A stretch of DNA of 63,842 bases, counting the filler, from Thermoplasmatota archaeon (GTDB taxonomy: Archaea > Thermoplasmatota > E2 > JACPAO01 > JAHFTW01): NCBI GenBank assembly GCA_041623215.1. It is 3 parts of 3 records of this genome, joined end to end, with 100 filler letters (N's around TTAATTAATTAA, not from the genome) between each part and the next. Parts side by side here need not be neighbours in the genome. Positions count along the whole stretch, not along the records: positions 26,703 to 51,277 come from JBFJXH010000011.1; 2 more parts are not named here. The stretch is one strand, 5' to 3'. The notes beneath the pieces were generated by a model. The model saw only the letters and a program-made list of their open reading frames with translations, was not told the origin of the DNA and did no database searches. Of this stretch, positions 38,627 through 46,793 are shown in pieces. The stretch's first letter is position 1, and each line of letters opens with the position of its first letter. Both the position numbers and the translations under genes were made by a program.

Positions 38627-39538
38627 ATGGCACACCCCACGCACCCCGAAACGCCTGCCCCCGACCGCCCCCTTGTGTCGATGCGCCGCCGCACCGACAC
38701 CCCCGCACGCAACAACGGCCCCGGCCGCCGACGCATGGTTCTTGCCATGACGACGGCCGGCCTCCTTGCGCTTCTTGCCTTTGCCCCCGGAGCCCAGGCT
38801 GGCTCCGTTGATCTGACGAGCACCTCCGCAGCATCCGGCTCCGGCTACGGTTCCTTCGCGGGAAGCGCTGGCCCGGGCTTGTCCGGCAGTGGCAGTGCTG
38901 GCGGTTCCGCCAGCGCCAGCAGCTCGACCAGCGCGTCCATTACCGCGCCTGACCCCCACATCTACACCGAAGCAGCGGCCAGTGCCGCTGCCAGTGCTTC
39001 CGCCACGGCCCGCGCCGAGGCAGAAGGCCAGGTGCACGCCACCATGGATGCCTACGCTGAAGCCCGCGCTGAAGCCCACGCCCAACTCGAAGCCGCGCTG
39101 CGCGCACAAGCTGAGGCTCGTGCCGAGGCCAGCGCCGAGGCCCAAGCGCAAGCCGACGCCCAAGTCGAGGCTGCCCTCGAAGCCAAGGCCGAACTAGAAG
39201 CGGAAATCAAGGCCGACATCCAAGCGTCGCTGGAAGCCCAAGCTGAGGCCCGCGCTGAAGCCGAGGCCGAAGCGGAAGCCCACGTCGAAGCCACCACCAG
39301 CCTGGCCGCCCAACTGAAGGCCCGCATTGTTGCCTTCTTCCAAGGCAGCGTCGACACCGCCACCAGCGTCGAACCGCCGCGCCCCAGCGTCCACGCTGAA
39401 GCCAGTGCCTCCGCCAGCGCCTCTGCCAGTGGCAGCGCCAGCGGCAGCGGTGGAACCGGCCCCGGCAACGTCTCGGCCAGCGGCAATGGCTTCGCCCAAG
39501 CGATGGCCTCGCTGTTTGCCAGCCTGAAGGTCTGGTAA
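38627..39538 (+). CDS. Secreted Ala/Glu/Ser-rich coiled-coil-like protein
   Basis: Signal peptide after RRR; AEA[REQH]A repeats; C-ending codon bias. Confidence 0.75.
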   Translation: MAHPTHPETPAPDRPLVSMRRRTDTPARNNGPGRRRMVLAMTTAGLLALLAFAPGAQAGSVDLTSTSAASGSGYGSFAGSAGPGLSGSGSAGGSASASSSTSASITAPDPHIYTEAAASAAASASATARAEAEGQVHATMDAYAEARAEAHAQLEAALRAQAEARAEASAEAQAQADAQVEAALEAKAELEAEIKADIQASLEAQAEARAEAEAEAEAHVEATTSLAAQLKARIVAFFQGSVDTATSVEPPRPSVHAEASASASASASGSASGSGGTGPGNVSASGNGFAQAMASLFASLKVW

Positions 39539-39634
39539 GGACCCCCACACGTTGAATCGGTGGCGGCCGCAAGCCCCCCATGTGTCCGCCGCGCCCATCC
39601 GGCCGCCACCCCCCTCTTCCTCTCTGCCCTTCCC

Positions 39635-39856
39635 CTAGATTGTCTCCATTTCGAACATGCAACCGAGGCCGGCGAGGTCTTGGTGAATCAAGTCCCCAAA
39701 GGCTAGCACCTCTTCGACAGATGCGGAGCCGGGCCAATCGTAGACGTAATCGTGGGCCCCGGTGGTTGGCTTGAAACCTAGGCCTTGCAGCGCGGCCGTG
39801 ATCTTACTTGGCTTGCCGCCTTCACTGTTGAACAGGACTTTGAGGTAGGTCTTCAT
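39635..39856 (-). CDS. Small hypothetical protein
   Basis: Clean 73-aa globular-looking ORF filling the intergenic gap. Confidence 0.75.
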   Translation of the reverse strand: MKTYLKVLFNSEGGKPSKITAALQGLGFKPTTGAHDYVYDWPGSASVEEVLAFGDLIHQDLAGLGCMFEMETI

Positions 39857-39934
39857 CGCAGGATGAAGGGTCTGCGGCTACATGAACCCGGCGGCGGGGA
39901 GCCGGTCCGGCGTGACGTCGTAAGGTCCGGAAGG

Positions 39935-40381
39935 CTAGCAGGTCATCTCGCCGGCGTATTGTCCCTGGAATGCTGGGGGCTGAAGGGGCAGTGGGTTTTC
40001 GTCGCCCGCCGTGATGGTGATCGTCCACGTGCCGGCGGCACCGGAGAGGTCACTTTGGTGGGCTTCGCTCGATTGGCCGTTGAACTCGTATTCACGAATG
40101 ACGGTGCCGTTCGCGTCAGTCACGGTGAATAGCAAGCGGCCTTGCCCGTTTACCATGACGCCGAGCGTTCCGTCTTCGTCACAGTCGAGGGTGTGGTCTT
40201 CTACGTGACCGGCGAATTGGCCGTTCTTGGCAAATTGAACGGTTTGTAGTTGGCGTTCGTCCGCGGCCTCCTCGTCACCCGTCATGGTGTCATCGCTGGC
40301 GTCGGCGCTGGCGTCATCGTCGTCAAGACAGCCGGCGAAGGTCAGCGTGAGCAGCAAGCCCACAAGCAACCATTGCTTCAT
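39935..40381 (-). CDS. Hypothetical lipoprotein
   Basis: FAGC lipobox followed by an acidic linker. Confidence 0.8.
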   Translation of the reverse strand: MKQWLLVGLLLTLTFAGCLDDDDASADASDDTMTGDEEAADERQLQTVQFAKNGQFAGHVEDHTLDCDEDGTLGVMVNGQGRLLFTVTDANGTVIREYEFNGQSSEAHQSDLSGAAGTWTITITAGDENPLPLQPPAFQGQYAGEMTC

Positions 40382-40450
40382 GCCCGCGCACGGCGGCCCA
40401 TGGGACTTGAAGATTTGGTGCAGACATGGGCCCGCGTCGCTGGCGGCTGC

Positions 40451-41422
40451 CTAGTTCAGGGGCCGCCCCGTGCGTCCAACTGCCTGGGGTTGCGAGCGAG
40501 GGTAGACTTGCGGGAGGGCTTCTTCATGGGGAACACAGAGCTCGGTCCATGTACGCGTCAGGCGTGCTTGGGTGCGTCCGGCTCGCCGAGCGTCCACGAG
40601 GTAGCGCAGCCGGTACTCCATCCAGCTTGGTTTGCTTTCCTCCAGAATGATTGGATGATTTGGGAAGTCTGATTCCATGGCGAGCCCCTTTGTGAGGCGG
40701 CGGTAAGACTTCGCCAAGTTCGTGTGGTGTCCGTAGTCAACGACCTCCCGGCCAGCCTCCATCAGGAGACGCTTGGCGAGGGCGAGATCCGCCTCGAAGG
40801 CCACATTGACCACGAATTCGTCAAAGACGACGGGGGTGTCGCTGGTGGCATTTGCCACTGGTTTCTCGAGGAAAATGGCGTTACTCGTGGTCACGACGCG
40901 CCCGGTGGGGCGGCCGGGGGTATTGCTGTCCTTGTCACCGACCTCCCATAGGCGGGTCGTGAACAACGTGATGTCCAAGACGTCTCCGGTCAATTCACCC
41001 ACGCGGATGCGGTCGCCGACGCGTACGCTGCCGCCAGCAACGAGGCTTGCCCATCCGGCGACCGCTAGAATGGGGCGCTGCAAGGCCAGGGTGAGCCCAA
41101 AGCCCACTAGTCCAAGCCCAACTAGGGCTGATTGAAATCCTCCGGCAATCGCCGCTAGCGCTCCGATGGCAACGAAGGCTGATGCCATGGTCTGAAGATG
41201 TACGAGGGACCGTGCCGCGTCGGGACGCCTGGGATGTAACAGCCGGCCCGCGACCATGAACATCCCGAACAGAATCAAGGCGGCAGCGCCCGCAGCGAGC
41301 GTTTCCTGGCGGATTTCTTGGAAGCCCACCGTGCCGAAATCTTGGACTGCGGCCCACCAGGCGGCTGCGGAAATCGCGACCAGCGCCGAGCCCAACCAGA
41401 ATAGGGACCTGCCGCGCGCCAT
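40451..41422 (-). CDS. Small-conductance mechanosensitive channel (MscS family)
   Basis: VRVGDRIRVGELTGDVLDITLFTTRLWE and PTGRVV motifs. Confidence 0.9.
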   Translation of the reverse strand: MARGRSLFWLGSALVAISAAAWWAAVQDFGTVGFQEIRQETLAAGAAALILFGMFMVAGRLLHPRRPDAARSLVHLQTMASAFVAIGALAAIAGGFQSALVGLGLVGFGLTLALQRPILAVAGWASLVAGGSVRVGDRIRVGELTGDVLDITLFTTRLWEVGDKDSNTPGRPTGRVVTTSNAIFLEKPVANATSDTPVVFDEFVVNVAFEADLALAKRLLMEAGREVVDYGHHTNLAKSYRRLTKGLAMESDFPNHPIILEESKPSWMEYRLRYLVDARRAGRTQARLTRTWTELCVPHEEALPQVYPRSQPQAVGRTGRPLN

Positions 41423-41467
41423 GACCTCGCGTTGTGAGGGAAGATGTAGAAAGGTGGCGGGGAGGGG

Positions 41468-41752
41468 GGACGAAGGGCAAGGCCGAGATGCGAGGCTGAG
41501 GCTTGCTTGCGCCGGGGGGCGTCACACTAAGGCGTCGGTATCGGTTTGCTCGGCGCTCATCTGGGCCTTCGCTTGGCTCCAACCGGAGATGAGGCAGACC
41601 GCCTGCGGTGGCTTCGGGCCGAGAATCGCGATTAGCCTTGCGCCGACATCACGATCTCGATGTCGAGACGCTCACTCCCAACTGGCCAAGCCTTCGGCTC
41701 GACCCGGGGGTCCGGCCGCCTTCAGCGGCCTGCCGGCCGGTTGCCCTTCTCC
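41468..41752 (-). ncRNA. Candidate structured non-coding RNA downstream of tfb (family not recognised)
   Basis: Complementary ends, several internal hairpins, pyrimidine tract after the 3' end, no credible ORF. Confidence 0.45.
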
Positions 41753-41771
41753 ATTGTCTTGTTCGCTATGC

Positions 41772-42713
41772 TCACAAGACGATGTCAATGTCCAACCGCT
41801 CGGCCAATTCCTTGTACCGGTTGCGAATCGTGACCTCGGTCACGCCGGCCACTTCGGCCACTTCGCGCTGGGTGCGCCGTTCGCCGCTGAGGATGCTGGC
41901 AATGTAGATGGCGGCCGCAGCGACACCGGTGGGGCCGCGTCCGGAGGTCAGTTCCTTGTCGGCGGCTTGTTTCAGGATGTCGATGGTCTTCGCCTGTACG
42001 TCGCCCGAGAGCTTGAGTTCCGAGCAGAAGCGAGGAATGTAGTCTTGCGGCGCCGTGGGCATCAGTTTGAGCTTGAGTTCGCGCGCGATGAACCGGTACG
42101 TGCGGCCAATTTCCTTGCGGGAAACACGGCTGGCATCGGCGATTTCATCCAGGGTGCGGGGCACGTCGCATTGGCGGCAGGCAGCGTACAGAGCTGCTGC
42201 GGCGACACCTTCGATGGAGCGGCCGCGGATGAGGTTCTTGGTGACCGCGCGCCGGTAGACCATGGCGGCCGTTTCACGCACGTTGCGGGGCAGACCCATG
42301 CCGGACGCCATGCGGTCCAGTTCGCTCAAGGCGAAGGCGAGGTTGCGCTCCGTGGCATTGCTGACGCGGATGCGGCGTTGCCACTTGCGCAGACGGTAGA
42401 GCTGGGCCCGGTTCCGGGTGGGGATGCTCTTGCCGTAAGAGTCCTTGTTCTTCCATCCAATCATGGTGGAGAGACCCTTGTCGTGGATGGTGTAGGTCAT
42501 GGGGGCACCGACACGGGCACGCTTCTCGCGTTGTTCCGAGTCGAAGGCTCGCCATTCGGGGCCCTGGTCGATCATGACATCGTCGAGGACGAGGCCGCAC
42601 GTTTGACACAGCATTTCGCCGCGTTCGTAGTCGGTCTCGATGTGTTCACTACCGCACTCGGGGCAGGTGGTGACTTCTTCGACCTTGTCTTTCTCTTTCT
42701 TTTTGTCGATCAT
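41772..42713 (-). CDS. tfb: Transcription initiation factor IIB
   Basis: CPECGS...CQTCG Zn ribbon, GPEWRAF, two cyclin repeats, [13 protein letters not shown]. Confidence 0.98.
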   Translation of the reverse strand: MIDKKKEKDKVEEVTTCPECGSEHIETDYERGEMLCQTCGLVLDDVMIDQGPEWRAFDSEQREKRARVGAPMTYTIHDKGLSTMIGWKNKDSYGKSIPTRNRAQLYRLRKWQRRIRVSNATERNLAFALSELDRMASGMGLPRNVRETAAMVYRRAVTKNLIRGRSIEGVAAAALYAACRQCDVPRTLDEIADASRVSRKEIGRTYRFIARELKLKLMPTAPQDYIPRFCSELKLSGDVQAKTIDILKQAADKELTSGRGPTGVAAAAIYIASILSGERRTQREVAEVAGVTEVTIRNRYKELAERLDIDIVL

Positions 42714-42774
42714 GGGCGCCCTCCGGATCAAAAGATAACCGTTCCGGTTGTGGTAGTGACTGACCCATAGGTTC

Positions 42775-42782
42775 TATATAAA
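42775..42782 (-). promoter_or_regulatory. TATA box TTTATATA of tfb
   Basis: Consensus archaeal TATA upstream of tfb; GGAGG SD before the ATG. Confidence 0.7.
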
Positions 42783-42862
42783 GAATACGTCGCCCTTATT
42801 GGTATGGGCTGGCAAAACCGACCAACCTTAAACGCCCGACCAACCGTCGACGGGCGACGACC

Positions 42863-44005
42863 TTGCAATACCCTGACGACGAGGCCGGCTCCTGGATTCC
42901 CCAGGAACGGGAGGCACCCGCCATTTCTCCCGGCGCTGCCGTCATCGGGGCTGGCCTTGCCTTGGCCACGACCTTGTTCTTGGTGATTCGGGCCGTCGGC
43001 CTCGGCGAGGCGACGGAGGCCGAAGTGGCCTACGCCGCCCACGGAACCCTGCATGCCCGGTTATGGAATGCCATTGGGCTTGAGGGAGCAAGAATCCTGG
43101 CGGCCGTTGGTGCCGGCGTGGCGGTGGCGGCCACCTGGCTTGCCGGCCGTCGCCTCTGGCATAGCGACCCGGCGGGCCTGTCCGCAGCGGCCCTCATGGC
43201 GCTGTCACCATGGTTATTGGCCCAAGGGAGTCTCGCGTTGCCTCAAACAATCCTGTTGGCTGCGGCACTCCTGGCCCTGTTGGCGGCGTTGGCCACCCAT
43301 GAGCCGGTGCGCGTCATGGCTGGCGCCGCCGTGGCCGTGGCCGTCCTCATCGATATCCGCATGGCTGTGTGGGTCGTCCCGTTGTTCGCCATCATTCTGC
43401 TTCGCGGCAATATCTATGCTACCGGCCAGCACCTGCAACGGGGTCTCCTGCAGGTGGCCCTGCTGCCGGCCTTGGCACTTGGTGTCGTGGCGCTCGCCGC
43501 CCGCGGAGATCCGCTGACGTTGCCGGTATGCCTGTCACCTGGCCACATTGACGGTGCCTCCTTGGCCTCCGCGACCTGGCTCGGCGGCGGTTTCGTTGCG
43601 GCCCACCCCAGCATCTTGTGGTTTGGTGGCTGGGGCGTCCTGGTCATGCTGGCCCTTGCCAGCCTATGGCACTTGGGACTCAATACCCGGGTGGCGCGCT
43701 TGCCTGGGCGAGTCCAGCTGCGGCTGCCCCATGCGTTGCCCCGTTACCACGGCCGCTCCTTGTGGCTCCTGTCGCTGGTCGTCCTAGCGCCCGTTCCGGG
43801 CCTGTGGCTGCCGCTACTCATGCTCGCCTTGGCCGGAGGGATAGCCGTCCTTGGGGAGGATGCCCCCGGGTTCGGATTGACCCTCTTGCTGGGTCTTTTG
43901 GGGCTGGGCGTTGCAGCTCTCATCCAGGATTGGGGACTCGTCGTGGGTACGGGCGGCACGGCCGGCATTCCGGGCTGGACCGAGCTAGCGTCCTGCCGCC
44001 CGTGA
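42863..44005 (+). CDS. Polytopic membrane protein, GT-C (PMT/ArnT-like) glycosyltransferase candidate
   Basis: EAEVAYA after TM1; ARILAAVGAG...RRLW...AALMALSP pattern typical of GT39/83. Confidence 0.55.
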   Translation: MQYPDDEAGSWIPQEREAPAISPGAAVIGAGLALATTLFLVIRAVGLGEATEAEVAYAAHGTLHARLWNAIGLEGARILAAVGAGVAVAATWLAGRRLWHSDPAGLSAAALMALSPWLLAQGSLALPQTILLAAALLALLAALATHEPVRVMAGAAVAVAVLIDIRMAVWVVPLFAIILLRGNIYATGQHLQRGLLQVALLPALALGVVALAARGDPLTLPVCLSPGHIDGASLASATWLGGGFVAAHPSILWFGGWGVLVMLALASLWHLGLNTRVARLPGRVQLRLPHALPRYHGRSLWLLSLVVLAPVPGLWLPLLMLALAGGIAVLGEDAPGFGLTLLLGLLGLGVAALIQDWGLVVGTGGTAGIPGWTELASCRP

Positions 44006-44070
44006 TGAAATTCCTTGAGGGGGATGAAGGTGGCAGCGGCTCTGTTCGTTCCAACCATAAACGATTCACG

Positions 44071-44209
44071 TTAAATAGGGGTCTTGGTAAAGGCGAACCT
44101 ACAGTTCTAGCCGAAGCCGGCGCCCTCGGGCCCGGCAGGGACGTGCCGCCGTCGCCATCGGTGATGGCCCGGTTGCTGCGAGGACTGGAAACAACAAGGT
44201 GAAACAACC
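44071..44209 (+). promoter_or_regulatory. TATA (TTAAATA) plus ~110-nt structured 5' leader with AAGGTGA SD
   Basis: TATA at 44071-44077; nested stems 44102-44187; SD near 44196-44202. Confidence 0.6.
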
Positions 44210-46585
44210 ATGAACAACAACAAGACCCTGGCCGTTCTGGTCGTGCTCTCGTTGGCCCTCGTCGCCCTCCCCGGCGCCCAGGCCCACGAAAACACGAACT
44301 TCGGTACCCAGGTTATGTTCGGCGACGATGACTTCGTCCCGACCCTAGACTACGACAACCACAATGGCGGCGCCGCCATGACCTTGACCGAGGCCTGTAT
44401 CCTCTGGTCCGAGGGTGGCGACGAGGACACCGTCCTCGACGACCTTGTCATCCTTGACAAGGAGTGCGGCGGCATTGCCGGCACCATCAACAAGGACGAC
44501 CTCGTCCTCTACGCCGGTGACTACGGCGAACGCTCCGCTGGCGAATTCGTCAAGAGCAATGACTTGGTCATCCTCAACGCGCCCTTGGTCGACATGGCCC
44601 TCGGTGACGCCGGTGTGTTCATCATCGACGTCAACGACAACGAGCGCTACGACACCAGCGACTACGTGTTCCTCAGCGTTTGTGAAACCGCCTGCGGCCT
44701 CGACAAGTTCGTCGAATCCGACATCGGCAGCCTCACCCTCCGCCTGACCGACACCAACGGCGGCGACGCCGGTACCCTCGTTCAGAGTGGCGACGCTGAC
44801 ATTGTCAAGTACGACCCCGACACCGAGGACCCCGAGTTCTTGTTCGACGGTGACATCGCCTTCTTCAGCGGTGACTTCGACGATGACATGGACAGCAACG
44901 ACCTGGTGTACGCCATCGATGGCGGCTTCACCGCCGGCATGCTCGTCCCCCACGGTTCCATCCGCCTCTTCGGCGGCGCTGGTCCCTTCGGCAGCCTCGT
45001 TAGCTTCGGCGACGACGACTTCGTCCCCGAACTCAGCGACCCCGCTGACGAAGAAGGCCCCGCCGACTTCATCGCCTACATCGGCGACGACGAAGACACG
45101 GCCGAGGACGACATCGTCCTCTGGGACACGGACGGCGACGGCGCTGCCAGCAAGTACGACATCGTCATCTTCGGCGGCGGCGCCTACGAAGCCGGCAGCC
45201 TGCTTACCAGCAAGCAAGCCGACGACATTGGCCTCAACGACGACCACGCCTTCACCATGGGCTTCATGTTCGTTGACGTCAACGACAATGGCCGCTACGA
45301 CCTCGAGGACTACGTCTACCTGACCAGCAGCGGCACCTTCGAACTATTCGAAAGTGACCTGAGCGACCTCACCGTCCGCTTGACCGACACCAACGGCGGC
45401 GACGCCGGTACGGTTGTCCTGTCCGGTGACGACGACCTGGTTGACTACGAAGGCGAAGGTGAGGAAGCGTTCTTCCTCATGCAAGTCTTCGACGGTGACT
45501 TCGATGACACCACTGACGACAAGGACGACTTCTTCTACTTCGTCAACGACTGGGACGGCATCTACACCGGTGGCCTCGCCACCGTCGGTAGCATCCGCGT
45601 CTACGTTGAAGGCCACGACTTCGGTACCATTGTCGCCATCGGTGACAACGACTTCGTGCCCCAACTCACCGACTACGGTTACATCGTGGGCGGCACGTTC
45701 GACGTCGTTGTGTACGAAGGCGAGAATGACGACTCCACCATGGACGACGTCATCGTGTTCGACCTCACGGATGGTGGCATCGACATCGGTCGCCGCGACC
45801 TGATTCTGTACAGCGGCACCGACGGCTACGACGCCGGTCACCTGCTGGGCGCCACCGGTGCCGCCGACCTCGAAGACCTCGGTCTGCACGACTCCGGCAA
45901 CATCGTTGCCGGTACCGCGACCGTGACCATCTACTACGTGGATGTCAACGACGACGGCCGCTACTCCAACGGCGACTACGTGTTCCTGTGCACGGACGAA
46001 ATGACCGAGACCGACCGCGACGACTTCTGCCTGCGCATGACCAAGACCAACGGCGGCGACGCCGGCACCCTCGTTAGCAGTGGTGACAAGGACCTGGTCA
46101 ACTACGCTGGTGAAGAAGAAGCAATCGGCGCCGACTTCCTCGGCTTCCAGTTCGCCTACTTCGACGCCGACTTCGACGGCCGCGCCGACGATGACGACAG
46201 TGTCTACATGGCCTACGACGAAGCCTTCGGTGGCGGCCTTGTGCCCCACGGCAGCCTGCGCCTCATTGGCATGGCCAGCTCCGGCATTGGCGGCGGCAGC
46301 TCCGGTGGCAACACCGGCAACACCGGCGACGATGACGACGACGAGCCTGTGGACGTTGACGACGAGCCCGACCCGGTCGACCCCGTTGACCCCGTGGACC
46401 CCGTGGACCCCGTTGACACCGGTAACACCGGCGGCAACACCGGCGGCGACACTGGCGGCGACACTGGCGGCGACACCGGTGGCGACACCGGCGGCGACGA
46501 AGACGAGCCCACGCCCGGCTTCGAGCTGATCGCTCTGGTAGCTGCCCTCGGCGCTGCCCTCGTCCTGGTCCGCCGCCGCTTCTAA
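44210..46585 (+). CDS. Acidic PGF-CTERM cell-surface protein with three internal repeats (S-layer candidate)
   Basis: Signal peptide; three FG..V..GD.DFVP.L-led repeats; DPV/GGDT linker; PTPGF-TM-RRR; extreme codon bias. Confidence 0.9.
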   Translation: MNNNKTLAVLVVLSLALVALPGAQAHENTNFGTQVMFGDDDFVPTLDYDNHNGGAAMTLTEACILWSEGGDEDTVLDDLVILDKECGGIAGTINKDDLVLYAGDYGERSAGEFVKSNDLVILNAPLVDMALGDAGVFIIDVNDNERYDTSDYVFLSVCETACGLDKFVESDIGSLTLRLTDTNGGDAGTLVQSGDADIVKYDPDTEDPEFLFDGDIAFFSGDFDDDMDSNDLVYAIDGGFTAGMLVPHGSIRLFGGAGPFGSLVSFGDDDFVPELSDPADEEGPADFIAYIGDDEDTAEDDIVLWDTDGDGAASKYDIVIFGGGAYEAGSLLTSKQADDIGLNDDHAFTMGFMFVDVNDNGRYDLEDYVYLTSSGTFELFESDLSDLTVRLTDTNGGDAGTVVLSGDDDLVDYEGEGEEAFFLMQVFDGDFDDTTDDKDDFFYFVNDWDGIYTGGLATVGSIRVYVEGHDFGTIVAIGDNDFVPQLTDYGYIVGGTFDVVVYEGENDDSTMDDVIVFDLTDGGIDIGRRDLILYSGTDGYDAGHLLGATGAADLEDLGLHDSGNIVAGTATVTIYYVDVNDDGRYSNGDYVFLCTDEMTETDRDDFCLRMTKTNGGDAGTLVSSGDKDLVNYAGEEEAIGADFLGFQFAYFDADFDGRADDDDSVYMAYDEAFGGGLVPHGSLRLIGMASSGIGGGSSGGNTGNTGDDDDDEPVDVDDEPDPVDPVDPVDPVDPVDTGNTGGNTGGDTGGDTGGDTGGDTGGDEDEPTPGFELIALVAALGAALVLVRRRF
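46370..46498 (+). repeat. Coding tandem repeats: 9-nt (DPV)x5 then 12-nt (GG[ND]T) series
   Basis: GACCC[CG]GT[CTG] and [AC]C[CT]GG[CT]GGC[AG]AC units. Confidence 0.85.
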
Positions 46586-46619
46586 GCGGTGACGACCTAG
46601 TCGAACTGGCCCTCCTGGG

Positions 46620-46653
46620 CCTTCCTTTTCCCTTCTTCTTCTCCCTTTTGTTT
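46620..46653 (+). terminator. Pyrimidine-rich terminator
   Basis: CCTTCCTTTTCCCTTCTTCTTCTCCCTTTTGTTT after the stop. Confidence 0.6.
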
Positions 46654-46793
46654 GACCGCATCAATTGATGCGACGGCGCGTTCAAGCACGCTGCACGAAA
46701 CCAGGCGAGCACTCGCTTTGCTGCCTGCCGCCGTTTGGAAAACCCTCCCTATCGAAGGTTTTTAATGATTTCAAACTGAGCTTTAAGGTGTCC

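Noticed and set aside
39921..39942. TAAGGTCCGGAAGGCTAGCAGG resembling SRP RNA helix 8
   Set aside because: Imperfect match that overlaps a CDS stop; no room or pairing for the rest of an SRP RNA
41256..42770. 504-aa plus-strand ORF
   Set aside because: Antisense to tfb and mscS; shadow ORF
44345..46249. Two ~300-aa Val-rich minus-strand ORFs
   Set aside because: Mirror of GAC/GGC-rich codons in the surface-protein gene
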